DNA from: an uncultured Clostridia bacterium
GTDB lineage: Bacteria; CAYTYR01; UBA6262
Length of the DNA: 35,347 nucleotides
NCBI GenBank assembly: GCA_964441745.1
Contig: CAYTYR010000003.1
Coordinates: 1-35,347 of the forward strand
Reading direction: 5' to 3'
The notes below the pieces were generated by a model. That model searched no databases. It was not told the DNA's origin and saw only the letters and a list, made by a program, of their open reading frames with translations. Below, one piece after another: positions 16,879-25,361 of the stretch. A program made the position numbers and the translations under genes. Numbering within the stretch: position 1 is the first letter of the stretch; the number at the start of each line of letters is the position of its first letter.

Positions 16879-18216
16879 TTATACTAATCCCTGATCGATC
16901 ATCGCGTCAGCTACTTTTACAAATCCGGCGATATTCGCGCCTTTTACGTAATTCACAAATTCGCCTTCCTTGCCGTATTTGACGCAGGATTTATGGATAT
17001 TGATCATGATATTATGCAGCATCTCATCTACCTGTTCCCTGGTCCAGGACAGCCGTTCACTGTTCTGGGACATTTCCAACCCGCTGGTAGCGACGCCACC
17101 GGCATTGGCAGCCTTGCCAGGGCCATAGAGGATCTTAGCCTGCAGGAAAATCCTGACTGCTTCCGGGGTAGAGGGCATATTAGCGCCTTCAGACACGCAG
17201 ATACAACCGTTCTTGACCAATTTCTTGGCATCAGCTTCATTGATCTCATTCTGGGTAGCGGAGGGGAAAGCCACATCGCACTTCACCTCCCACGGCCGTT
17301 TACCCTGGACATATTTACAACCGTATTTAGCGGCATATTCTTTGATCCGGCCGCGTTTGACATTCTTTAACTCCATGACATAGGCCAGCTTCTGGGCATC
17401 GATCCCGTCGGCATCATAAATATAACCGTCAGAGTCAGAAAGGGTCACGCATTTCCCGCCTAGTTCATTTACTTTTTCCACGGTATATTGGGCTACATTA
17501 CCTGATCCGCTCACGACCACGACTTTCCCTTCCATTGATTCGCCGCGGGTTTTAAGCATTTCCTGGGCAAAATAAGTCGAACCGTAGCCAGTCGCTTCCG
17601 GCCTGACCAGGCTGCCGCCCCAGTTGAGGCCCTTGCCGGTCAATACGCCGGTAAATTCGTTGCGCAGTCTTTTGTATTGCCCGAACATGAAACCAATTTC
17701 ACGTCCGCCTACGCCTATATCTCCAGCCGGTACATCAGTATCCGGGCCGATATGTCTTTGTAATTCAGTCATGAAACTCTGGCAGAATCTCATTACTTCA
17801 TTATCAGATTTTCCTTTGGGGTCAAAATCAGAACCGCCTTTGCCGCCGCCCATAGGCAGCGTGGTCAAGCTGTTTTTGAATACCTGTTCAAAAGCCAGAA
17901 ATTTTAAAATACTAAAGGTCACGCTGGGATGTAAACGCAGTCCGCCCTTGTACGGGCCGATAGCGCTGTTCATTTCAATGCGATACCCGCGATTGATCTG
18001 GATCTCGCCTTTATCATCCAGCCAGGGAACGCGGAAAATGATGGTTCTTTCCGGCTCGACCATTCTTTCGAGGATCTTATGCTTTTGATATTTGGGATTT
18101 TTTTCGATGAAGGGCATCACTGATTCTGCTACTTCCTGTACTGCCTGGTGAAACTCTGGTTCATTGGGGTTCTTGGTTACTACTAACTTCATAAATTCTT
18201 CTACTTTTTTAGACAT
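16879..18216 (-). CDS. gdhA: NADP-specific glutamate dehydrogenase
   Basis: EPEFHQAVQEV, GPYKGGLR, GGGKGGSDFDP, DVPAGDIGVG, GSGNVA, PGKAANAGGV; start ATG 18216 with AAGGAG SD. Confidence 0.97.
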   Translation of the reverse strand: MSKKVEEFMKLVVTKNPNEPEFHQAVQEVAESVMPFIEKNPKYQKHKILERMVEPERTIIFRVPWLDDKGEIQINRGYRIEMNSAIGPYKGGLRLHPSVTFSILKFLAFEQVFKNSLTTLPMGGGKGGSDFDPKGKSDNEVMRFCQSFMTELQRHIGPDTDVPAGDIGVGGREIGFMFGQYKRLRNEFTGVLTGKGLNWGGSLVRPEATGYGSTYFAQEMLKTRGESMEGKVVVVSGSGNVAQYTVEKVNELGGKCVTLSDSDGYIYDADGIDAQKLAYVMELKNVKRGRIKEYAAKYGCKYVQGKRPWEVKCDVAFPSATQNEINEADAKKLVKNGCICVSEGANMPSTPEAVRIFLQAKILYGPGKAANAGGVATSGLEMSQNSERLSWTREQVDEMLHNIMINIHKSCVKYGKEGEFVNYVKGANIAGFVKVADAMIDQGLV

Positions 18217-18252
18217 CTTTTGCTCCTTTGCAAAAATACTTGCGTATAAAAC

Positions 18253-18333
18253 AAAAAAAAAGACCATAAAGAAACTGGTCTTTTGTCCCGGACTCCCTTG
18301 TCCTGTACAAAACATTTGGCACGCCATTGTGCC
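18253..18333 (-). promoter_or_regulatory. ANTAR-type dual hexaloop RNA element plus leader terminator of gdhA
   Basis: GGCAC-AAUGGC-GUGCC, 14 nt, GGAC-AAGGGA-GUCC, then AAAAGACCA-9nt-UGGUC-U9. Confidence 0.85.
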
Positions 18334-18350
18334 GCTGATTTATTATAAAA

Positions 18351-18379
18351 CTTATATCACAAAAAACAATACCTGTCAA
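18351..18379 (-). promoter_or_regulatory. Candidate sigma70 promoter of gdhA
   Basis: TTGACA, 17 nt (ending TGA), TATAAG. Confidence 0.7.
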
Positions 18380-18399
18380 TACAGTATAATATATTGTTT

Positions 18400-19110
18400 T
18401 TATCTTTTTATCGATTTTGACAAGATGACCGCTTCGGCTATTTCCCGCATGCTTTTGCGGGCATTCATGCTTTGTTTTTGCATCCGCCGGTAAGCTTCTT
18501 CACCGCTGATTTGCGCGTCCCTGGACAGCATATCCTTGGCTCTTTCCACCAGCTTACGGGTTTCCAATTCTTCCTGGATGGACCGGGACTTTTCCAGCAA
18601 ACCATGATGATCGATCACCATGGCAGCCTCGGCAGCCACAGTGGAGACGATGGCGATCTCGGTCGCGGTAAAGTTATGGATAGCCTGGGTATAACAGTTC
18701 AGGACACCGATAATTTTCCCCTGGACAGCCAGGGGGACGCTGAGGAGGGAACATAATCCTTCTTTGATGGCAATATCCGTGTTCCGGTACCGGGGATCCC
18801 TGCGGACATCCAGGACGCTGAGTGGTTTTGACTCTTCCACTACCCGGCCGGCGATGCCCGCGCCTAGTTTCAGGTTTGGTTTTTGATTATAATCCGCGCT
18901 GATCGACTGGGTGGCCCGGACCACCAGTTCTTTTTTCTTTTCATCCACCAGCATCAGAGAACATATTTTTGAATCCATAACCTCGGCCAGGACCATGACG
19001 ATCAGGCGCAAAACATCTTCCAACAGCAAATCGCTGGATACGGCCTGGCTGATCCTGGAAAGCGCGGCTATTTGCTTCTTAAATGTTACTATTTCTTTGC
19101 TGGGAGGCAT
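18400..19110 (-). CDS. GAF and ANTAR domain RNA-binding regulator
   Basis: GAF (GIAGRV...SLLSVPL...IIGVLN); ANTAR (LETRKLVERAKDML...EEAYRRMQKQSMNARKSMREIAEAVI). Confidence 0.95.
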   Translation of the reverse strand: MPPSKEIVTFKKQIAALSRISQAVSSDLLLEDVLRLIVMVLAEVMDSKICSLMLVDEKKKELVVRATQSISADYNQKPNLKLGAGIAGRVVEESKPLSVLDVRRDPRYRNTDIAIKEGLCSLLSVPLAVQGKIIGVLNCYTQAIHNFTATEIAIVSTVAAEAAMVIDHHGLLEKSRSIQEELETRKLVERAKDMLSRDAQISGEEAYRRMQKQSMNARKSMREIAEAVILSKSIKR

Positions 19111-19168
19111 AAAAAATCCACCTTAGGTATTTGGTGGACAACATAGTCCGGATAGCTTCTTTGCTATC
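19111..19168 (-). promoter_or_regulatory. Candidate autoregulatory ANTAR element overlapping an SD-sequestering / terminator hairpin
   Basis: GAUAGC-AAAGAA-GCUAUC, GGAC-UAUGUU-GUCC, overlapping UCCACC-10nt-GGUGGA-U6-AUG. TTGACA at 19218-19213 upstream. Confidence 0.68.
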
Positions 19169-19220
19169 TTTTATTGTTGCTTTACAGTATAAATAACATA
19201 TACCAGAGCAGGTGTCAAGG

Positions 19221-22200
19221 TTATTTCTTTCTGATGATCAGATGGATATTGCAGTCTTTTAACTCGACCGGATCCGGGCTGGAAACGATATTGACTTTCC
19301 TGGGCAATTCGATCGGTTGATATGATGGCGGGATATAGTTCAGATCTACATCCAGCTTGTAGTCTCCAGGCTTGATCTCCCCGATATAAAAACTGCCGTC
19401 ATCAGCAGTGATAGAATCCCTCACCGTGGTTTTCTGGTCTTCGCTCATTAACAAGACACGTACCCCTGGTACTCCTTTTTCCCCGCCGCTATACGTCCCG
19501 ATCTTGACCGTACCGGAGATGGCATTGGTGACGCATACGCCCAACGCCGCCTTGGAAAAGGCCCCTTCCTGCCAATATACTTTCTGCTGTCCCTGGGTGG
19601 GCGTATATATAGCGGGGAGGGAATTTTCATCCAGGCTGACCGTGACAAATTCCTTGCGCTGGTCACGCGGGACAAAGAAATAACCATTACCATCGGATTC
19701 GCCATAACTGCGGTTATTGACCTTGATGCTGATATGCGGCAGGTTAGGCTCTCCCTTATCCCAATGCCCGTTGCCATTCACATCCAGATATACTTTCCCT
19801 TCGATACCGCCCTGGTCCGGGGCAATACCGCTGCGGCTCACCCGTTTGAACCGGTAATCACTAACACTGAATAAGCCATTTAAGGAAAGATACAGTCCAT
19901 AATAATATTCCCGGCCGTTATCATTACTGCCGGCTTTAAAACCCAGGCGATTGTAGCCGATTTCATCAAGTTTGAATTCGAGATACCCGCGGCTGTAATA
20001 CTTGCCGGTGGTATAGGTCTTCCCCAGGTCGACCCGTGAATCCCAGATATTTTTACCGGCCCGGTTGTAGTATTTATGGTCATGTGAGAATTCCGCCTGC
20101 TTCTGGGTATCTGTCTTCCAATACGTGACGGAGAAAGAATTACGCGGGGATAATCGATAATTGGCCCGATACCTGGCCCCGTAAGAAAAATACTGGTCGA
20201 TCCCGGCAATAGATAAACCAGTGGTCAGGCTTTCCGGAGCCAGAAAATCAGCTTTATCGCCAAAAACATACCTGCCTTCCAGGCTTAACGACCTGGTGAC
20301 CTGGCTTTCCAGTTCAGTCATATGGGTCCGCGTAATACTGCTCTCACTGATCCCGGTCCCATCGTCACGGTCAGTGTAATAGGTGCGCAAGCGTAAAACT
20401 GTCTTGGGGATAATATTGGGGATACCCAGGCTGGCGCTGGCTATATTTTCAGACCGGGTAGCGGTCAAGCTATGGTCAAGATTATTATAGACATGCAAAC
20501 CCATACCGTTCATGAACCAGCTTTTGAAAAACCGCCAGTTCGCGGAAACCAGGGTGCCCCGGCGGTCGTAGATACTGGTCACGCCATTAGTGTAGTTGGG
20601 ATCATAGGAGAACCATTGTGTTTCCAATTTCAGGCTTTTCCAGCAATATTCCAATCCGGCTTTATATGCCTCGGCATTGGTTTTTGTCTTGGTATTTGTG
20701 CTGGAAGCGGCTTCCCCTTTCATCAATAATTGGTCCAAAAGTTTGATACTGGCTTGTTGACCGAAATGATAACTGGTCGACGCTTTAGAGAAAACACCGG
20801 CCTCATCCGCCGTCAGCGCGTATTTATTCTGCCCCGCCGCGGTCAAACCCAGGGTCACATTACTGGACAATCCATAGTTCAACTGCAGACCGTAAAAAAC
20901 CCCTTCGGTATTAGTATTATCCTCGACTACATTTTTCTGGCGCCTGGTCCCGGCTCCGCTTAATACCGCCCATTGTTTTGCCGGCAGCAAAGCGCTGGTG
21001 CCCAATACCTGGCGGTAAAATTCTTCCACTACCCCGTCTGTACGCTTGACCACGATCTTGATCTCATTGGCTGTTTTTTCCAACAGGCCGACACTCTCGA
21101 AACGGTATACGCCAAAGCCTGGTTTGGCCAGCACCGGCTCTTCCACCAGTTTAGTCTGGATGAGACGGTTATTCACCCAGAGCTCAACCGTAGCGCCAAG
21201 CTGGGCGATCCCTTCAAAAGTACCCTCGCTCAGGAATCCCGCGGTGCGGCGGTTTAAATAGCGGTCTTTCAGCTGGCTCTTTTCTTTTTGGGGTGAAATA
21301 TATTTAACACTGCCGCCGAAAACATTTACCCCTGGAGCAACCAGGTCGCTTAAACCGAAATTCGTATCGCCGATCCTGGTGACCATATTCTCCGATCGGG
21401 AGGTCCAGACCCCTTCATCAACCCAACTGAAAAACCCGGGGATCTTGGCAGCGGGATAATTAATATTCTGGCTTAGTTTCAAGCGGTAAGAACCAGCCAG
21501 GATATTACCCCATAAAGTAAGAGCCGGGCGGATCGTTGTTTCTACATGGTGCTCGTTCCGTACCCGGTGTAATTGGCTGTCACCCCGTAATTGGGCCTGG
21601 ATAAATGAAAGTAATGGTTTCTTTTGTCCGGGATGCGCCGGAGCTTCGGTTTCCGGGAGCGGAGAGAAAACAGCCTGGACATCAGTGGATAGCAAGGAAG
21701 GACTTTGTGTTTTGAGGCGTTTAAATAATTCCAGGTTTTTGTCTGTCGTGGCTACATATTCATAATTTTGTTCACTCCAGGTATAGTCAAATCCGAAAGC
21801 TTCTTTCAGGATGCTTTCCGAAACATACATTTCACCCTGCCCGGTGACATCAGAGTTGCCGGTCTTGATCTCCACTGGTATGGTCTTACCATTCACCTGC
21901 AGAGTATTGGCAGAAATGTCCAACCTGGCTTCTGGCCCGGTTTCTATCTGGAAAACCAGTCCGGTGTCCTGGCGCTGGCCGGTAGCCATCAATAAGCGCA
22001 ATAAACGAAAGAGCGGCACCAAACGATGCTCCGTTTTGGACAGGGCCATATCAAAATCAGCCACATAGATCCGCTGGGTGCGTTTTTTGCCCAGTAATTG
22101 GAAACCGACGACAAAAGTCTGCTGGACATTTTTTTGTGACGGGAATTCCCACAATTGAGCTGGAGGAGAAGCTGGTTGGGGTTCAGCTGACAGGGAGGTT

Positions 22201-22232
22201 AGGGGAAAATAATGCAAAAAAAAACAGACCAT
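19221..22232 (-). CDS. Large outer-membrane usher-like protein with C-terminal SdrD-B / carboxypeptidase-regulatory-like domains; probable true start 22264 is out of frame by 1 nt
   Basis: RIGD, G..VELWVNNRL, beta-strand-rich body (YGLSSNVTLG), GKVYLDVNGNGHWDKGE, TADDGSFY...PGDYKL; follows a chaperone-like gene. Confidence 0.75.
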   Translation of the reverse strand: MVCFFLHYFPLTSLSAEPQPASPPAQLWEFPSQKNVQQTFVVGFQLLGKKRTQRIYVADFDMALSKTEHRLVPLFRLLRLLMATGQRQDTGLVFQIETGPEARLDISANTLQVNGKTIPVEIKTGNSDVTGQGEMYVSESILKEAFGFDYTWSEQNYEYVATTDKNLELFKRLKTQSPSLLSTDVQAVFSPLPETEAPAHPGQKKPLLSFIQAQLRGDSQLHRVRNEHHVETTIRPALTLWGNILAGSYRLKLSQNINYPAAKIPGFFSWVDEGVWTSRSENMVTRIGDTNFGLSDLVAPGVNVFGGSVKYISPQKEKSQLKDRYLNRRTAGFLSEGTFEGIAQLGATVELWVNNRLIQTKLVEEPVLAKPGFGVYRFESVGLLEKTANEIKIVVKRTDGVVEEFYRQVLGTSALLPAKQWAVLSGAGTRRQKNVVEDNTNTEGVFYGLQLNYGLSSNVTLGLTAAGQNKYALTADEAGVFSKASTSYHFGQQASIKLLDQLLMKGEAASSTNTKTKTNAEAYKAGLEYCWKSLKLETQWFSYDPNYTNGVTSIYDRRGTLVSANWRFFKSWFMNGMGLHVYNNLDHSLTATRSENIASASLGIPNIIPKTVLRLRTYYTDRDDGTGISESSITRTHMTELESQVTRSLSLEGRYVFGDKADFLAPESLTTGLSIAGIDQYFSYGARYRANYRLSPRNSFSVTYWKTDTQKQAEFSHDHKYYNRAGKNIWDSRVDLGKTYTTGKYYSRGYLEFKLDEIGYNRLGFKAGSNDNGREYYYGLYLSLNGLFSVSDYRFKRVSRSGIAPDQGGIEGKVYLDVNGNGHWDKGEPNLPHISIKVNNRSYGESDGNGYFFVPRDQRKEFVTVSLDENSLPAIYTPTQGQQKVYWQEGAFSKAALGVCVTNAISGTVKIGTYSGGEKGVPGVRVLLMSEDQKTTVRDSITADDGSFYIGEIKPGDYKLDVDLNYIPPSYQPIELPRKVNIVSSPDPVELKDCNIHLIIRKK

Positions 22233-22250
22233 ATTAATAATAGGAAACTT

Positions 22251-23057
22251 TTATTTCTTTTCATAAATAAAACTTGTTTCCCGGGACAAGGATATTTTCT
22301 CTTCTTTGTTATGCAGGATGATCTTCGCCGTATATTTACCCGGCGCCAGTTTTTCCTGGATATGCACGGCATTTGACCGTTCTATTTTCGGGAAAACAGC
22401 CACATTCTTGACCGGTACTTCTTTAACCATTTTACCGGCGCTATTCATTATTTGACAGGTACCGGACAGGCGCAAAACGCCCTCATTAGTATTCTTAATT
22501 TTAAACAGCATGGCCAGGTCATCTTTATCCTGCTTGGCTTCGAGACTGGTGAATTCCCCGGAAAATTTTGTCCCCTCCACCAAGCCATAGATCGGTACCA
22601 GGATAACGCTCAGGACCTCCAATTTCAAGTCCCGCCCATCTTTGTCCTTAGAGGTCACTTTCTGGCCTTTTAATGGGACAAACTGGATAGCGCACCAGTA
22701 TTCACGATCTTTCAGCTTCCCTTGGGGGATAATGGAATACCTGACCATCCGGCTGGATTTTGGCGGTAAAACAAATTCCGTGGGATTAAATTTGATCCAT
22801 TTGGCCAGGGAACGATCATCCGGCGGCAGTACTTGCAGGCTCCCTTTCTCATTGACGATGAAATGGACCGCGGTGGCGCGGTACCGTTCTTCCTGGGCGC
22901 CGACATTGCGCAGGTAAAAGACCCCGGAAATACGTTTCTGGGTCAGTTTCTGCTGGATCCAAGCAGGCTCTATAACTAACGCTGCTTCTGCCTTTAGGGC
23001 CAGAGCACCCGGTAAAAGGAGAAGCAGGATTAGTAAAAACATGGCAGCGCGTTTCAA
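22251..23057 (-). CDS. Periplasmic fimbrial chaperone-like (PapD-like Ig) protein
   Basis: Signal peptide; LVIEP...LRNVG...SLAKWIKFNPTEFVLPP...VRY...EYW...KNT.EGVLR...L.PGKY. Confidence 0.72.
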   Translation of the reverse strand: MKRAAMFLLILLLLLPGALALKAEAALVIEPAWIQQKLTQKRISGVFYLRNVGAQEERYRATAVHFIVNEKGSLQVLPPDDRSLAKWIKFNPTEFVLPPKSSRMVRYSIIPQGKLKDREYWCAIQFVPLKGQKVTSKDKDGRDLKLEVLSVILVPIYGLVEGTKFSGEFTSLEAKQDKDDLAMLFKIKNTNEGVLRLSGTCQIMNSAGKMVKEVPVKNVAVFPKIERSNAVHIQEKLAPGKYTAKIILHNKEEKISLSRETSFIYEKK

Positions 23058-23153
23058 GGTTTTTCCTTTCAGACACTATCTATAAGAAAATTGAGGTTGG
23101 CATTAAGTACTGGTTTATTATACTACATTCATATTACACGCACAAGAACATTA

Positions 23154-23735
23154 TTAGTCAGCAGAGCCACCACCAACGACTGCGGCATACAGCACAACAT
23201 AACCACTGTATTGTCCAACGGGCTTCTCATCATCAGAATTGCTCCAGGAAGGAACAACTTCTACATCCTGGCTGAAATGACCATTTTGGGAACTTTCAAA
23301 GATAACTTCTTCGGTCAATGAACCTACGAAGGTTCCTTTTTCAGTGGTAATACTGCCAGCTGTGTGGAATTCAGCGAACCCGTCTCCGCCGTTCATTTCA
23401 TTGGCATTAGCTGGATCGATCAAGACTCCGCCACCCGCTTCGTCAATCGGTGCTACTTCTGTTCCCGCCGGATCATCGCCTTTATAGAGCTTGGTGACCA
23501 ATACTGACAGATCTACTGCTTCAGTATTAGCATCAACTCTGAAGGTGATCGGGAGGGATACTTCGCCGGTCTGCAGATTCGCAGCAGCTATGTTAGCATC
23601 AATAGCTGATACAGCGATGTTTTCAACGATGTTCAAAAATACATGAGAAACTGCGTTATCGGTCGGATCGGCCATTGCGGTGCCGGCAAAACCGAGTAGA
23701 GCGAGAATTGCTAGTGCGATGATACTCTTTTTCAT
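23154..23735 (-). CDS. Secreted putative fimbrial / pilus subunit
   Basis: Signal peptide (AMA|D); Cys-free, beta-rich; C-terminal GQYSGYVVL resembles the GxYxGxV strand of alternate chaperone-usher pilins. Confidence 0.62.
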   Translation of the reverse strand: MKKSIIALAILALLGFAGTAMADPTDNAVSHVFLNIVENIAVSAIDANIAAANLQTGEVSLPITFRVDANTEAVDLSVLVTKLYKGDDPAGTEVAPIDEAGGGVLIDPANANEMNGGDGFAEFHTAGSITTEKGTFVGSLTEEVIFESSQNGHFSQDVEVVPSWSNSDDEKPVGQYSGYVVLYAAVVGGGSAD

Positions 23736-23925
23736 TATTGTTCCCCTTTTTCATTTCTGTTATTACAGTCAATGTAATTTTGATTTCCAGCATTCATGCC
23801 AACCTCAAATGGCATGGTAACAGTAATTACTTCTGACCAGTCATCACCCCCTGTCTTTTAAGATGACCCGCCTGGGAGAACTCCCTAAGAGGAAAACTAA
23901 TGCGGGATGAAAGTTAATACTAAAT

Positions 23926-23965
23926 AAAAAAAGCTACAACAATGTGTTTATCACATCATTATAGC
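23926..23965 (-). terminator. Intrinsic terminator within the leader of the fimbrial-like operon
   Basis: GCTATAATGATGTG-ATAAA-CACATTGTTGTAGC followed by T7. Confidence 0.72.
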
Positions 23966-24032
23966 CTGTAAATGGTTTACTCAACTATAGTTCGAAAAAA
24001 TACTATTCTGTGCTTTAGCTAAGTTTAGCTAT

Positions 24033-24061
24033 ACTATACTCCTTTACCCGCTTTTTGTCAA
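24033..24061 (-). promoter_or_regulatory. Sigma70 promoter about 290 nt upstream of the subunit gene
   Basis: TTGACA, 17 nt, TATAGT. Confidence 0.75.
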
Positions 24062-24122
24062 GTACTTTTTTTGAACTTATATGCCTTTTCCCTTGTTTAT
24101 ATGTCTTTATGCGATGCGCACC

Positions 24123-24539
24123 TTACTCCGGACCTGGCCGCCAGGACCGTTGGGCTTTTTTCACTGCCTGCGCATGTTTTTTTTGGAGCATTTTTTCCTT
24201 GGCGCGTTTAGACCGCTTCCGTTTTTGCCGCCTGATCTTTTCAATCCGGCGTTGCTCGGCAGATCTCTGACCCAGGATCAAAGCTTCTATTTTATCAGCC
24301 AATAACCGCCGAGCCAGGAACCGGTTCATTACTTGCGACCGTTCTTGCTGGCACTTTATTTCCACACCAGAGGGAAGATGTTTTAAATAAACCGCGCTGG
24401 ATACTTTATTGACATTTTGCCCGCCTTTACCCTGGGAACGGACAAAATGTTCGGTTAAATCCTGTTCTCTGATGCCTAAACGGGCCATTTTTTCAGCTAA
24501 GGCTTTTTCTTTTTCTAAACTTACGCCAAATAACCCCAT
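24123..24539 (-). CDS. Peptide chain release factor-like protein (GGQ, codon-independent type)
   Basis: FVRSQGKGGQNVNKVSSAV, CQQERSQVMN, basic C-terminal tail. Confidence 0.9.
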   Translation of the reverse strand: MGLFGVSLEKEKALAEKMARLGIREQDLTEHFVRSQGKGGQNVNKVSSAVYLKHLPSGVEIKCQQERSQVMNRFLARRLLADKIEALILGQRSAEQRRIEKIRRQKRKRSKRAKEKMLQKKHAQAVKKAQRSWRPGPE

Positions 24540-24547
24540 CTGCGCTC

Positions 24548-24886
24548 CTACCAGGGTTTTCCTGCCCGCACGGCTTCAACATAACTGCGTACTTCATTCC
24601 TCTTGAGCAGGTCAGTTTCCGTAAAAATAGCCGAATAGCATTCTTTGGTCCCTTTAAAATACTGGGCGATGATCTGGGCAGTCACCTTCATCTTTTTTGA
24701 CCGTAAGTATCCCAGGACAATAAGATATTTGCCATTAATGTCCAGGGTCGCGGCTGATTCAAAGCTGATCCCTTTAATACTGATATCGATGGTTTCTGCT
24801 TCAGCGATCAGCCTATTATCGGCCAGGGATAGGATCCCGATCCTTTCCCGGGCCTTAAATCTTGGTAACATTCTTTTATTGGTCAT
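24548..24886 (-). CDS. PilZ domain protein
   Basis: Start ATG 24886 (GAGGTG SD); RxxxR (RMLPR) and DxSxxG (DISIKG). Confidence 0.85.
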   Translation of the reverse strand: MTNKRMLPRFKARERIGILSLADNRLIAEAETIDISIKGISFESAATLDINGKYLIVLGYLRSKKMKVTAQIIAQYFKGTKECYSAIFTETDLLKRNEVRSYVEAVRAGKPW

Positions 24887-24896
24887 ACACTTCACC

Positions 24897-25340
24897 TCAT
24901 GGCTCAAGCAATTCGAAACCAGTAGCCGCTTCTTTTCTGCGCTGGGCATTATTATTGATGATTTCCAGCAGGATAACTTCGCCAACTTTCCAGGTCTCTA
25001 TCCCTAAACGGATACAGCCGGTAATGGTTTCCTGATCCCGTCCTAAAGCAGCATGCATATGCAGCTTGGGCTCCCCCTTTTCATCAGGGAAGATAGCCCC
25101 GATAGCCACAGTTTCATGAATTCCGTCCAGGATCTTATTGATTGTTTCAACCGGGATCGTTTCTCCCTGTTTGGGCCCCGCAACAATATTACCACCGCTT
25201 TTAACACCGCCGATCAGAAAGCAGATCCCCCGTTTTACGGCCTTTTCATTGGCCAGGGTTTCTAGTGACTGTGGCAACCGATCCCCATCTTCCAGTCGTA
25301 TTACAAAAATACGTCCGATATTACCTTCTGAATATTTCAC
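24897..25340 (-). CDS. PPC / DUF296 domain protein
   Basis: GRIFVIRLEDGD, LHMHAALG, TGC. Confidence 0.88.
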   Translation of the reverse strand: MKYSEGNIGRIFVIRLEDGDRLPQSLETLANEKAVKRGICFLIGGVKSGGNIVAGPKQGETIPVETINKILDGIHETVAIGAIFPDEKGEPKLHMHAALGRDQETITGCIRLGIETWKVGEVILLEIINNNAQRRKEAATGFELLEP

Positions 25341-25361
25341 TCCGGCTTATCCTCTAGTTTC

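Noticed and set aside
18217-18327. 37-aa N-terminal extension of GdhA
   Set aside because: It runs through the ANTAR hairpins and terminator; ATG 18216 has an SD and matches the family start.
19119-19131. Fourth copy of the TATACC-NN-GGTATA operator
   Set aside because: Only a half-site, not next to a -35, and already explained by the leader hairpin.
23787-23803. Sigma54 promoter (TGGCAT...) upstream of the subunit gene
   Set aside because: No GC at the required -12 spacing.
23926-24030. c-di-GMP-I riboswitch or ANTAR element in the fibre-operon leader
   Set aside because: No GGCAAA/GNRA/GACGCAAA pattern and no stable pair of A1/G4 hexaloops could be found by eye.
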